A stretch of DNA of 64,000 nucleotides from an uncultured Porphyromonadaceae bacterium (lineage in GTDB: Bacteria > Bacteroidota > Bacteroidia > Bacteroidales > Muribaculaceae), in assembly GCA_902489275.1 (NCBI GenBank), contig CABTZK010000003.1, positions 52,283 through 116,282 of the forward strand, read 5' to 3'. The notes under the pieces were generated by a model. The model did no database searches and was not told the DNA's origin. It saw only the letters and a program-made list of their open reading frames with translations. Positions 8,914 through 17,950 of the stretch are shown here, piece after piece (position 1 is the first letter of the stretch; each line of letters starts with the position of its first letter). Both the position numbers and the translations under genes were made by a program.

Positions 8914-10206
8914 ATGCGAAGAAACAAAGTAGACATTATCTCGCTGGGGTGCTCCAAAAATTTAGTGGACTCGGAGCGCCTCATTCGGCAATTTCAAGCC
9001 AGTGGCTTCCAGGTCGAGCACAACCCTGCTCGCGTCAATGGCGAGATTGTGGTCGTGAACACGTGCGGATTCATTGCCGATGCCCAAGAGGAGAGCATCA
9101 ACATGATTTTACGCCTTGGGCAAGCCAAGAAAGAGGGGAGAGTCCGAAAACTCATCGTCATGGGCTGCCTTGCCGAGCGCTTTAGGGCGCAACTCACGCA
9201 AGAACTGCCCGAGGTTGATAAGTTCTATGGAAAATTTGACTGGAAACTCATGCTTGAGGATTTGGGAAAATCCTTTCATGAGGAAATGGCTCACGAGCGC
9301 TATTTGACGACCCCTAACCACTATGCCTACCTCAAGATTTCAGAAGGGTGCAATCGTTTTTGCGCCTTTTGCGCGATTCCCATCATCACGGGTCGCCACA
9401 AGAGTGTTCCCATGCAACACCTCCTCGCCGAAGTGGAGCACTTGACGGCAAAGGGGGTGAAAGAGTTCAACGTGATTGCCCAAGACCTCTCGTCCTATGG
9501 CCAGGACCTCTATGGGGAGATGAAGTTGCCGGAGTTGGTCGACAGCATGGTGCAAATCGATGGCGTGGAGTGGATACGCTTGCACTATGCCTATCCCACG
9601 CAGTTCCCCTATGGGATTCTGCCGGTCATGGCTCGCCACGAGAACGTGTGCAGTTATCTCGACATCGCCTTGCAGCATGCCAGCGACAAGGTGCTGAGCA
9701 ACATGCGGCGGCACATCACCAAGGCTGGGCAGATTGAGCTCATCGGCCGAATGCGCCGCGAGGTGCCGCATCTTCACTTGCGCACCACGCTCATGGTGGG
9801 ATTCCCTGGTGAGGGTGACGAGGAGTTCCAGGAACTGCTCGACTTCGCGCGGGAGATGCGCTTTGAGCGAATGGGTGCCTTTGCCTATAGCGAAGAGGAG
9901 GGAACTTGGGCGGCAAGGCACTTTGACGATGCTGTGCCGCAGGAAGTGAAAAATCAACGCTTGCAGCAGCTCATGGACTTGCAGGAAACGATTTCCATGG
10001 AGATTCAGGAGCGTAAAGTGGGCAAGAGGCTGAAAGTGATCATCGACAGCGAGGACGAGAACCATTACATCGGCCGCACCGAGTGGGACAGCCCAGAGGT
10101 GGATCCAGAGGTGCTCGTCAAGAAAACGAAAAAATTAGAGATAGGCCAGTTCTATCTGGTGAAAATCATTGAGGCTTTGCCGTTTGAGCTCATTGCAGTG
10201 CCATAG
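8914..10206 (+). CDS. rimO: Ribosomal protein S12 methylthiotransferase RimO
   Basis: Starts at MRRNKVDIISLGCSKNLVDSE (UPF0004 domain). Radical SAM motif CNRFCAFCAIP and a C-terminal TRAM-like region. Confidence 0.85.
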   Translation: MRRNKVDIISLGCSKNLVDSERLIRQFQASGFQVEHNPARVNGEIVVVNTCGFIADAQEESINMILRLGQAKKEGRVRKLIVMGCLAERFRAQLTQELPEVDKFYGKFDWKLMLEDLGKSFHEEMAHERYLTTPNHYAYLKISEGCNRFCAFCAIPIITGRHKSVPMQHLLAEVEHLTAKGVKEFNVIAQDLSSYGQDLYGEMKLPELVDSMVQIDGVEWIRLHYAYPTQFPYGILPVMARHENVCSYLDIALQHASDKVLSNMRRHITKAGQIELIGRMRREVPHLHLRTTLMVGFPGEGDEEFQELLDFAREMRFERMGAFAYSEEEGTWAARHFDDAVPQEVKNQRLQQLMDLQETISMEIQERKVGKRLKVIIDSEDENHYIGRTEWDSPEVDPEVLVKKTKKLEIGQFYLVKIIEALPFELIAVP

Positions 10207-10227
10207 CGCCGAAAAATGCGCTTGCGC

Positions 10228-10491
10228 CTATTTCCCCTCTGCCTCACCGTAGGTTCCATACCTTGTGGTCTCATCGTCGTCCTCTTGCGAGTTGCGCGCT
10301 TTCTCTCGTGTGCGCAAGCGATAGAACAGGTAGATGATGATGAACAGCCCAATCCCGATAATCCCAAAGTAGCGTGTGTAGTTTCCTGCGCGGTAAACAT
10401 CCCATCCCACATAGGCCATCACGACCAAGTAGATGAGCATGGCGGCCGGCAAGATGATGGACCACCGAAAGGCCATGTGGCTTTTTTTCAT
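10228..10491 (-). CDS. Small two-TM membrane protein, hypothetical
   Basis: 87 aa with two hydrophobic helices and an acidic tail. Its start overlaps the upstream stop (ATGA at 10488-10491). Confidence 0.4.
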   Translation of the reverse strand: MKKSHMAFRWSIILPAAMLIYLVVMAYVGWDVYRAGNYTRYFGIIGIGLFIIIYLFYRLRTREKARNSQEDDDETTRYGTYGEAEGK

Positions 10492-11111
10492 GATTTTTCC
10501 TCCTCTTTCACGATAAACGGTGACTTTGCAGGGTCAAATTCCCCGCTTCTGAGATAGTTATAGATGTTGATGCACGCCCATGCGTCGATGGCGGCATAGC
10601 GCTGTTGGCTTTTGGTCAATTGCTTAGCGTCCCAATTGGTGAGACGCTGGCTCTTGCTGATTTTCTGCTGAAACAAAATGGCATAGACTTTCTGCAGGCT
10701 GATGTCGGCAATGTGGAACTTGGTCACAATGTCTTGAATGTCGACAAAGCCAGCCGGCTTCGTCTGCGACACGCGGCTCAGGCCATTGAAGTCGTCATGA
10801 AGCGAGAGGCCTACTTTCTTGCACGATGGGTCGGCAAGGTAGTCTCCTAACCGTTGTGGAACGCCAATGCGGTTGACACGAAAGAGAAAACACTCGCTAA
10901 GCGTTGACAGTTGAATGAGCGACATCGAGTGCTGATCGCCTTTGTGAAACGTGGGACGCGTCTCGGTGTCAAAGCCCACCAGCGGCGCGGAGCGTAGAAC
11001 GTTGATGGCTGCGTTCACCTTGAGCATCGAGTCAATCACGTAGATTTCGCCTGGGAACTCAACCGTTTCCATTTCGTTGACGCGCTCTTTCTCTATCGCA
11101 ATTTTCAGCAT
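10488..11111 (-). CDS. 3'-5' exonuclease domain protein (RNase D / DEDDy type)
   Basis: VGFDTETRP (Exo I), LHDDFNGL, and YAAIDAWA (Exo III) motifs. Confidence 0.7.
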   Translation of the reverse strand: MLKIAIEKERVNEMETVEFPGEIYVIDSMLKVNAAINVLRSAPLVGFDTETRPTFHKGDQHSMSLIQLSTLSECFLFRVNRIGVPQRLGDYLADPSCKKVGLSLHDDFNGLSRVSQTKPAGFVDIQDIVTKFHIADISLQKVYAILFQQKISKSQRLTNWDAKQLTKSQQRYAAIDAWACINIYNYLRSGEFDPAKSPFIVKEEEKS

Positions 11112-11154
11112 CTGTGTGTATTTGTTCTGTCAGTCAATTGTGCTTGAGGAGTTG

Positions 11155-11162
11155 CAAAGGTA
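11155..11162 (-). promoter_or_regulatory. -7 promoter box (TACCTTTG)
   Basis: Exact TAnnTTTG on the minus strand, 44 nt upstream of ATG 11111. Confidence 0.5.
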
Positions 11163-11265
11163 CAAAAATCTTGGCGCAATCACAACCCTTTGTGCGGCAT
11201 TAAAAAAGTCTTGAAGCCCAATCGGCTTCAAGACCCTCTATGATGTTGAAATAACGGTGTGCCGA

Positions 11266-11418
11266 TTATTTCTTGAGATATTCTTGAACCTTGTCGTTAG
11301 GGACAATGTGCTCAACAAAAACGTAGGCACCGGTTTTTGGCGAGCGTTCCATCTTAATCACTTTGCTGTATGTGCGGCCTTCACCCGTTTGAAGGGTAGC
11401 AACTACTTTTTTTGCCAT
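11266..11418 (-). CDS. DUF4295-family small protein (50 aa)
   Basis: Below the ORF-track size cutoff. Manual translation: MAKKVVATLQTGEGRTYSKVIKMERSPKTGAYVFVEHIVPNDKVQEYLKK*. It sits immediately downstream of rpmG, as is typical in Bacteroidetes. Confidence 0.7.
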   Translation of the reverse strand: MAKKVVATLQTGEGRTYSKVIKMERSPKTGAYVFVEHIVPNDKVQEYLKK

Positions 11419-11434
11419 ATATCAAAAAGGTTTA

Positions 11435-11623
11435 TTATTTGATTTCTTTGTGGATAGTGTACTTCTTGAGGTAGGGGTTGTATTTCTTCAACTCCAAGCG
11501 CTCTGTGGTGTTCTTGCGGTTTTTGGTGGTGACGTAGCGTGATATCCCTGGCACACCGCTGGCCTTTTGTTCTGTGCATTCAAGAATCACTTGAATTCTA
11601 TCGCCTTTCGCTTTCTTTGCCAT
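11435..11623 (-). CDS. rpmG: 50S ribosomal protein L33
   Basis: [18 protein letters not shown]...YVTTKNRKN...LELKKYNP is an L33 signature. Confidence 0.9.
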   Translation of the reverse strand: MAKKAKGDRIQVILECTEQKASGVPGISRYVTTKNRKNTTERLELKKYNPYLKKYTIHKEIK

Positions 11624-11629
11624 GATTGA

Positions 11630-11887
11630 TTACTTTTCGATTGTTCTGATTTCTGTTAAATTGCCTTTGGCAGCAGCCTTTTTGAGCGCTGCGTCGAGGC
11701 CAAAACGATTGATGATGCGCAAGCCTGCCGCCGAGACCGTCAACTTGATCCACATCTTCTGCTCGGGCCAGTAAAACTTGCGGTTGAACACATTAACGTT
11801 GAATTTACGTTTTGTTCTTCTTTTCGAATGCGACACGTTGTTGCCCGTTATCGCCTTCTTGCCTGTGATTTCGCAAACTTTAGACAT
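11630..11887 (-). CDS. rpmB: 50S ribosomal protein L28
   Basis: [33 protein letters not shown] is an L28 signature. Confidence 0.9.
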   Translation of the reverse strand: MSKVCEITGKKAITGNNVSHSKRRTKRKFNVNVFNRKFYWPEQKMWIKLTVSAAGLRIINRFGLDAALKKAAAKGNLTEIRTIEK

Positions 11888-12173
11888 AGTTGTTGTTTTC
11901 TGTTTTTGTTATCAATAAATGATGATTATCGATATTCAAGCCAGCCACATCTACTCCACGCATAGCACAATACGCTATGGCCTAATATGGTCAATCTGCC
12001 AATCCAGCGTTGTGAGAAAGCAACTTGGTCAGACAGCGGCCATTGGGGCTATGTAATACCGTCCTACGCTTTATGCGCCAATCTTAGCATCATCAGGCGC
12101 ATCGAAGTTTCAACGATCATGTCACAGAACAGGACTAACGGGAAGTCGTTGTATTCTGCCTTGAAATCGACTG

Positions 12174-12181
12174 CAAAATTA
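12174..12181 (-). promoter_or_regulatory. Candidate -7 promoter box (TAATTTTG) for rpmB-rpmG
   Basis: This is the only exact TAnnTTTG on the minus strand in the 440-nt gap. It lies 287 nt upstream of the rpmB ATG, which implies a long leader. Confidence 0.35.
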
Positions 12182-12256
12182 CAACTTCTTTTTGACTTCA
12201 CCAAATGGGTTTTGGTAAAAAATGCAAACTTTTCAAGAACAGCCTGTTTCGTGTGG

Positions 12257-12286
12257 GCCGCCGATAGGGACTTCGGTCGGCTTTTT
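12257..12286 (+). terminator. Orphan intrinsic-terminator-like hairpin
   Basis: GCCGCCGA-TAGGGACT-TCGGTCGGC (one bulged C) followed by TTTTT (12282-12286). There is no annotated plus-strand gene upstream. Confidence 0.4.
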
Positions 12287-12307
12287 GCCTCTTTGGTGAA
12301 AAGTTTG

Positions 12308-12315
12308 TAATTTTG
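12308..12315 (+). promoter_or_regulatory. -7 promoter box (TAATTTTG)
   Basis: Exact TAnnTTTG, 15-27 nt upstream of the candidate ATGs at 12330 and 12342. Confidence 0.5.
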
Positions 12316-12341
12316 CGAGGATTTTTTTAATGTGCATGGGC

Positions 12342-13907
12342 ATGAAGAAACTTCACTCTCTGTCGTCGAATTGGGCGGCGTTCCTATTCACGGTCTTGTT
12401 CACTGTGGTCATCATGGTGATTTCGGGCAGGGACTCCTGGCTATACGACGCTTACGTGCGCTGTGACACGAATTGGTACTTTATATGCGGTCGCGCGCTC
12501 ATGAACGGGTTGACCCCCTACGTTGACTTTGTGGATTCCAAGGGCCCGCTGTTGTGGCTCATCTATGGGGTGGGGTATCTCCTCACCCCTCACAGTTTCA
12601 TCGGAGTGTTTTGGCTGGAGTGCCTCGTGTTGCTGGCCACGTTGTGGATTGGCTACAAAATGGCCATGCTGTTCTTGGGCGATCGTCCTATCCTCAACTT
12701 GATTAGTGTCGTTCTTTTAGGATTTGTATTTGTGCAAACCTACGACGAGTGGCGCTGCGAATTTTGGTGCAGGCCATTATTGCTCTACACGGTGTACCTG
12801 ACCTGCCTGTCGATCAAGCGCCACTCAGCAAGCACCTATCAAGCCAATGCCCTCCGGTCGGGGCTGTGCGTGGGGCTCGCCTTCATGATCAAATACAGCA
12901 TCGCCGCCATGATTGGCGGGATTGCCGTGCTGCAGCTGTATTGGTCGTGGAGATGCCAGAAAGGCCTCCTGTGGCCCTGTTGCTGGCGGTTGATAGCCGG
13001 TGCCTCTCTTGCCATGTTGCCCTTTGTGGTGTATTTGTCATGCACAGGCGCCATGATGGCTTTTGTGCGGGAATATTGCTTGAATACCTTGTTGACTGTA
13101 GGCAACCTGGGCGAGTGGGTGTTCCCGAACATGTCCCCGTCGAGAAGAACCTACCTGCACTTTCACCTGTTTTTCAGGTGGAACGTGATTTGGCAAGTCT
13201 GCGCTTGTGTGGTCACCTTGTTTTCTCCGCTCCGAAAAGCCTACAAGGTGCTTGCCCTGTATTGCTTCACCGTGTGTGCCGCGATCTACATGATGGGTTA
13301 TTACAGTTATTACTCAGAAATTGGCGACGTGCTCGTCCTGTTTGGAATCATTTCCGTCATTGCGCTGCTACGCCGCGTCGTCAAAAGCCGCTGGGTCTAC
13401 GCGGCGCTGCTGCCGCTTGCCGTGGTTTGGAGTGTTGCCGATGGAATCTTTTTCTTTCGCCAATGCGATTGGGCCTACAACAAGCAAAATCCTCGCCGAA
13501 AGATTTATCACACCGCCCTTCACGTTGTGGCCCAGCAAGGGCGGCACTCTAAAGTGATGTACTTCGACACGATGCCCTGCTGCGGAGATTTGGGGATTTT
13601 CAGCGAGTCTCTTCCCGCATGCAAGCACTGGGCGCGGCAAAATGGCGCCTTGGAGCAATCGCTCATCTCGCAGGAGAACGCTATCGTCAACCACATTCCC
13701 GATGTCGTGGTGGTCAATTGCGTCAACGAGAAATTCAATGAGAGGAAGCGGTTCTTGCTCAAGGCAGGGTACTATCCCGTGACCGTCGTCTCAGACAAAG
13801 ACCGAGAGACCTGGGCCGAGAGAAAGCAAGAGATTTTCTTGAAGCGCCCTTTCACAACCAGCATTGTGAACGCAACAGACAGGGAAATCTTATTGCGCCA
13901 AAAATGA
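12342..13907 (+). CDS. Polytopic GT-C-like glycosyltransferase (ArnT/PMT-like), putative
   Basis: About 12 TMs. N-terminal loop GLTPYVDFVDSKGPLLWLIYG resembles the PY.D..D.KPPL motif of ArnT/PMT_2 enzymes. The start may be 12330. Confidence 0.45.
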   Translation: MKKLHSLSSNWAAFLFTVLFTVVIMVISGRDSWLYDAYVRCDTNWYFICGRALMNGLTPYVDFVDSKGPLLWLIYGVGYLLTPHSFIGVFWLECLVLLATLWIGYKMAMLFLGDRPILNLISVVLLGFVFVQTYDEWRCEFWCRPLLLYTVYLTCLSIKRHSASTYQANALRSGLCVGLAFMIKYSIAAMIGGIAVLQLYWSWRCQKGLLWPCCWRLIAGASLAMLPFVVYLSCTGAMMAFVREYCLNTLLTVGNLGEWVFPNMSPSRRTYLHFHLFFRWNVIWQVCACVVTLFSPLRKAYKVLALYCFTVCAAIYMMGYYSYYSEIGDVLVLFGIISVIALLRRVVKSRWVYAALLPLAVVWSVADGIFFFRQCDWAYNKQNPRRKIYHTALHVVAQQGRHSKVMYFDTMPCCGDLGIFSESLPACKHWARQNGALEQSLISQENAIVNHIPDVVVVNCVNEKFNERKRFLLKAGYYPVTVVSDKDRETWAERKQEIFLKRPFTTSIVNATDREILLRQK

Positions 13908-13937
13908 GCGAAAAAGGCGAAATTGGAGGAAATGTTG

Positions 13938-13945
13938 TAACTTTG
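13938..13945 (+). promoter_or_regulatory. -7 promoter box (TAACTTTG)
   Basis: Exact TAnnTTTG, 21 nt upstream of the kdsB ATG. Confidence 0.55.
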
Positions 13946-13965
13946 CGTGAAAATATGGAACAACC

Positions 13966-14727
13966 ATGGAAAAATTGAAGTTTATCGGGATTATTCCTGC
14001 AAGATATGCCTCCACACGGTTCCCTGGCAAGCCAATCGCTATGCTGGGGGGCAAGCCCGTGATTCAACGGGTGTATGAGCAGGCAAGACGGGCGCTCGAC
14101 GAGGTGGTTGTGGCCACCGACGACGAGCGCATCGCCCAGGCGGTTCAATCGTTTGGCGGCAGCTGTGTCATGACCCGCAATGACCACAAGAGCGGCACCG
14201 ACCGCTGCATGGAGGCTCTCGTGAAGCATGGCGGCGGTGAAGACGTGATCATCAACATTCAAGGCGACGAGCCTTTTATCCAACCCTCGCAAATCCAGGC
14301 CATCATAGCCTGCTTTGACGACCCCACGACCGACATCGCAACGCTGGTGAAGCCTTACGACCCCCATGGCAGCATTGAGCAACTGCTCAACCCCAACACG
14401 CCCAAAGTGGTCGTTGATAAGGCCTGGAACGCGAAGTACTTCTCCCGCTCGGTGATTCCTTACCTGCGTGGCGTTGACCCCTCGGCCTGGCCCTCCAAGC
14501 ACCAGTACTACACGCACTTGGGCATGTATGCCTACCGAGCCCAGGTCTTGCGGGAAATCACCTCCCTTCCCCAGTCCTCGCTTGAGCAGGCCGAGAGCCT
14601 GGAGCAATTGCGATGGATTGAAAACGGCTACACCATCAAGGTTGGAGTCAGCCAGGCAGAGACCATCGGCATCGACACGCCCGAGGATCTGGCTCGGGCT
14701 GAAAGTTATTTGGCGCATCATGGATAA
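13966..14727 (+). CDS. kdsB: 3-deoxy-manno-octulosonate cytidylyltransferase
   Basis: IIPARYASTRFPGKP N-terminus and INIQGDEPFI motif. Confidence 0.9.
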   Translation: MEKLKFIGIIPARYASTRFPGKPIAMLGGKPVIQRVYEQARRALDEVVVATDDERIAQAVQSFGGSCVMTRNDHKSGTDRCMEALVKHGGGEDVIINIQGDEPFIQPSQIQAIIACFDDPTTDIATLVKPYDPHGSIEQLLNPNTPKVVVDKAWNAKYFSRSVIPYLRGVDPSAWPSKHQYYTHLGMYAYRAQVLREITSLPQSSLEQAESLEQLRWIENGYTIKVGVSQAETIGIDTPEDLARAESYLAHHG

Positions 14728-14742
14728 AATCACCCCTCAATC

Positions 14743-16047
14743 ATGGACAGCAAGTTAGACCGAACCCGGCAGCCTGCGACTCAAGGCTTCGACGGCTTGA
14801 GACTCGACTTCCCCGCACCTGTCAAGTTGAGCAACGGCATTCCCTTGTGGGTGATTGGGAATGGCGAAGACGAGATAAGCCGCCTCAACGTCTACATGGG
14901 CGGCGGCACCATCGAGGAAGAGAAACCGATGCAGGCGTTGATCACTGGCTACATGGTGAAGGAGGGCAGCGCTCAGCACAATAGCGAGGAAATTGCCGAG
15001 GCGCTCGACTACTATGGCGCGTGGAAAGCCGCACAGCACTACAACAACCACACCATGATTTCGCTCTCGTCGCTCAACCGGAACTTTGAGCACACGGTGA
15101 AGCTACTCTGCGAATGCATCACAAGCCCAACGTTCCCTGGTAGCGAATTTGACTTGTTCAAGTCGCAACTGGCAAGCAACATAGCCACTGCCAGCAAGCG
15201 CGTGACTTTCTTGTGCAACGAGGCGATGAATGAGCTGTATTACGGCAAGGGGCACCCGCTTGCGCGGCCGCTCACTCCCGAAGGCGTGATGGCGGTGAGC
15301 ATCGACGACCTCAAGCGCTTTTACGACCGATACTACAATGCCAATAACTGCCAGATTGTGCTGGCAGGAAAAATCAGCCAAAAGGAAATCGACTGGGTAG
15401 ATCAAACCATGGGCCAGTGGAGTAAGCAAGGCGTCCAACTTTGTAGCAAGCCATTGGATTTCAAGCCTTCGGACGTGATGTTCAAGATGGTTGATCGGCC
15501 TGGGGTGCTCCAATCGGCCATCGGCATCACCATCAGAGCCATTCCCCGTCGCCATCCCGATTACTTCAAGTTGAGGCTCACCACAACCCTGCTTGGCGGA
15601 TACTTTGGCAGCCGACTGATGACGAACATCAGAGAGGAAAAGGGCTACACCTACGGCATCCAGGCCTTTCTGGCAGGGTGGAGCGAAGATTCCTACGTGG
15701 CTATTCTGAGCGAGTGCGACACCCGATACACCATGCGCGTCGTTGAAGAGGTGAAGCGGGAGATCGAGAGGCTGAAAATAGATCCTGTCGCACAGGAGGA
15801 ACTCGACACGGTGAGGCAATACATGCTTGGCGAACTTGCCAAAACGCTCGACACGCCATTCTCGATGGCGAGCTATGTGAGCAACACATTCCTCTTTGGC
15901 ACCTATCCGGAATATTTCAACGACCAGGTGAAAGCCATCGAAGCAATGACGGTGGTCGATGTGAAAGAGACTGCAAACCAATATTTTAAAGAAGAAAAAA
16001 TGAGAATTGTAATTGCGGGGGACAAAATAAATGTTAAAAAAAATTAA
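14743..16047 (+). CDS. M16 (pitrilysin/insulinase) family protein lacking the HxxEH zinc motif
   Basis: Two-lobed M16 architecture of 434 aa. No HxxEH anywhere in the translation. Confidence 0.65.
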   Translation: MDSKLDRTRQPATQGFDGLRLDFPAPVKLSNGIPLWVIGNGEDEISRLNVYMGGGTIEEEKPMQALITGYMVKEGSAQHNSEEIAEALDYYGAWKAAQHYNNHTMISLSSLNRNFEHTVKLLCECITSPTFPGSEFDLFKSQLASNIATASKRVTFLCNEAMNELYYGKGHPLARPLTPEGVMAVSIDDLKRFYDRYYNANNCQIVLAGKISQKEIDWVDQTMGQWSKQGVQLCSKPLDFKPSDVMFKMVDRPGVLQSAIGITIRAIPRRHPDYFKLRLTTTLLGGYFGSRLMTNIREEKGYTYGIQAFLAGWSEDSYVAILSECDTRYTMRVVEEVKREIERLKIDPVAQEELDTVRQYMLGELAKTLDTPFSMASYVSNTFLFGTYPEYFNDQVKAIEAMTVVDVKETANQYFKEEKMRIVIAGDKINVKKN

Positions 16048-16132
16048 TAGAGGTTGCAAGGACTGGGAATATTTACGAACTTTGCACGTGAAGTGATAGA
16101 CTAAATAAAAAATCATTAATCATCGTTAGGAA

Positions 16133-17809
16133 ATGGATAAGGATATCAGAAGACTATTTAAAAAGAGCATCCTGCAAATCGCGCGGGCAAACTACAAGCC
16201 TCAAATGCCAGAATCTCTTTTCGGACCCGTGAAACTGGCGAAAGGCAAGCCCACCCAATCGGTAGGCGACCAAGAGGAAATCAAAAAACTCTTCCCATAC
16301 ACTTACGGGATGCCTGAATTAAAATTTGAGAAAGACACACATGCTGCTCACGCAGCAACAGAGCCATTGAACGTGGGCGTTATCCTCTCTGGCGGCCAGG
16401 CCCCTGGCGGTCACAATGTCATCAGCGGGATTTTTGACGGCTTAAAATCAATTCACCCGCAGAGCCGCCTCTATGGTTTCCTGATGGGGCCAAGCGGCCT
16501 CGTGAATCATGACTACCGGGAACTCACAGCCGAAATCATCAACGAGTACCGCAATTGTGGCGGCTTCGACATCATAGGCTCGGGACGCACCAAGCTGGAA
16601 AAAATCGACCAGTTCGACAAAGGCCTGGAAATCATCAAGAAACTCAATATTCGCGCAATCATCATTGTTGGCGGCGATGACTCCAACACCAATGCCGCAG
16701 TCCTTGCCGAGTACTACAAGGCCAAGGGCACAGGAGTGCAAGTGCTTGGCTGCCCGAAAACAATCGATGGCGACTTGAAGAACAAGTGGATTGAGGCATC
16801 TTTTGGCTTCGACACGGCAACCAAGGTTTACAGCGAGCTCATTGGCAACATTGAGCGAGACTGCAACTCGTCAAAAAAATACTGGCACTTCATGAAGGTA
16901 ATGGGACGGTCGGCATCCCACATTGCTCTCGAGTGCGCCCTCAAGACCCAGCCCAACGTGACCATCATCAGCGAGGAGGTCGAGGCCAAGAACCAGACCC
17001 TGAACCAAGTGGTGGACTACATTGCCAAGATTGTCGCTACCCGCGCGGCGCATGGATTGAACTATGGCACAGTCCTTATCCCCGAGGGGCTCATTGAGTT
17101 TTTCCCCGCCATGAAGCAACTCATTGCCCAGCTTAATAACATCCTTGCCGAGCATCCCGAATTCAAGGAGATGGCGCCCGACGACCAGCATGAGTTTGTC
17201 ATCAGCCACCTCACCGGGCAAAACGCCGAGTTTTTCTCTACACTTCCCGCCAAGGTGGCACGCCAGCTTTACCATGACCGCGACCCTCACGGAAACGTGC
17301 TTGTGTCGCTCATCGAAACCGACCAGCTGCTGAGCGAGATGGTGGCCAAGAAACTTGAGGAAATGCGAGCCCAAGGAAAGTATGTGGGGCGTTTTAGGCC
17401 GATGCACCACTTTTTCGGCTATGAGGGCCGTTGTGGCGACCCGTCGAATTTCGATGCCAACTACTGCTACGCCCTGGGCTACAATGCCGCGCAACTGGTG
17501 AAGTGTGGCGCAACGGGCTATATGTCGTCGATTCGCAACTTGTCGCAGCCTGTGAGCGAGTGGGTTGCTGGCGGCATCCCCATCACCATGATGCTTCACA
17601 TGGAGCAGCGCAGCGGCGAGATGAAGCCCGTGATTCGCAAGGCGCTCGTGGACTTGAGCGACAAGCCTTTCCAAGTGTTTGCCGAAAACCGTGACGAGTG
17701 GGCCGTCAACACATGCTACATCTATCCTGGCGCTGTGCAGTATTTCGGCCCCAGCGAGGTGTGCGACCAAACCACACGAACCCTTTACTACGAGCATGTC
17801 GCAAAATAA
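16133..17809 (+). CDS. pfp: Diphosphate--fructose-6-phosphate 1-phosphotransferase (PPi-PFK)
   Basis: PFK fold with GGDDSNT (Asp rather than Gly) and PKTIDGD (Lys), the residues diagnostic of PPi dependence. Long-form enzyme of 558 aa. Confidence 0.85.
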   Translation: MDKDIRRLFKKSILQIARANYKPQMPESLFGPVKLAKGKPTQSVGDQEEIKKLFPYTYGMPELKFEKDTHAAHAATEPLNVGVILSGGQAPGGHNVISGIFDGLKSIHPQSRLYGFLMGPSGLVNHDYRELTAEIINEYRNCGGFDIIGSGRTKLEKIDQFDKGLEIIKKLNIRAIIIVGGDDSNTNAAVLAEYYKAKGTGVQVLGCPKTIDGDLKNKWIEASFGFDTATKVYSELIGNIERDCNSSKKYWHFMKVMGRSASHIALECALKTQPNVTIISEEVEAKNQTLNQVVDYIAKIVATRAAHGLNYGTVLIPEGLIEFFPAMKQLIAQLNNILAEHPEFKEMAPDDQHEFVISHLTGQNAEFFSTLPAKVARQLYHDRDPHGNVLVSLIETDQLLSEMVAKKLEEMRAQGKYVGRFRPMHHFFGYEGRCGDPSNFDANYCYALGYNAAQLVKCGATGYMSSIRNLSQPVSEWVAGGIPITMMLHMEQRSGEMKPVIRKALVDLSDKPFQVFAENRDEWAVNTCYIYPGAVQYFGPSEVCDQTTRTLYYEHVAK

Positions 17810-17818
17810 AAAAGTTGG

Positions 17819-17848
17819 CCGTCCGGCACGGACGGTTGACGTTTTTTT
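17819..17848 (+). terminator. Terminator-like hairpin after pfp
   Basis: CCGTCCG-GCA-CGGACGG, then TTGACG and TTTTTTT (17842-17848). Confidence 0.5.
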
Positions 17849-17873
17849 AAAATAATCTTTTTTACGGCTTGCA

Positions 17874-17914
17874 ACAACCCCCGGCACTTCAAGAAAGCGC
17901 TGGGGGTTGTTTTT
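17874..17914 (+). terminator. Second hairpin between convergent genes
   Basis: ACAACCCCC (17874-17882) pairs with GGGGGTTGT (17902-17910), followed by TTTT. Confidence 0.4.
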
Positions 17915-17950
17915 GCTATACTTTGTGGCGAGGACAGAATGGCGGCGCGA

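Noticed and set aside
11987-12310. 107-aa ORF in the rpmB upstream gap
   Set aside because: It reads through a terminator-like hairpin and into the promoter box of the next gene. Its composition is not protein-like and it has no promoter or RBS context. I treat the region as non-coding (see finding).
12749-13552. 267-aa alternative-frame ORF inside the GT-C-like gene
   Set aside because: It is on the same strand but out of frame with a coherent 12-TM protein. Its translation is Arg/Pro/Leu-rich and not protein-like.
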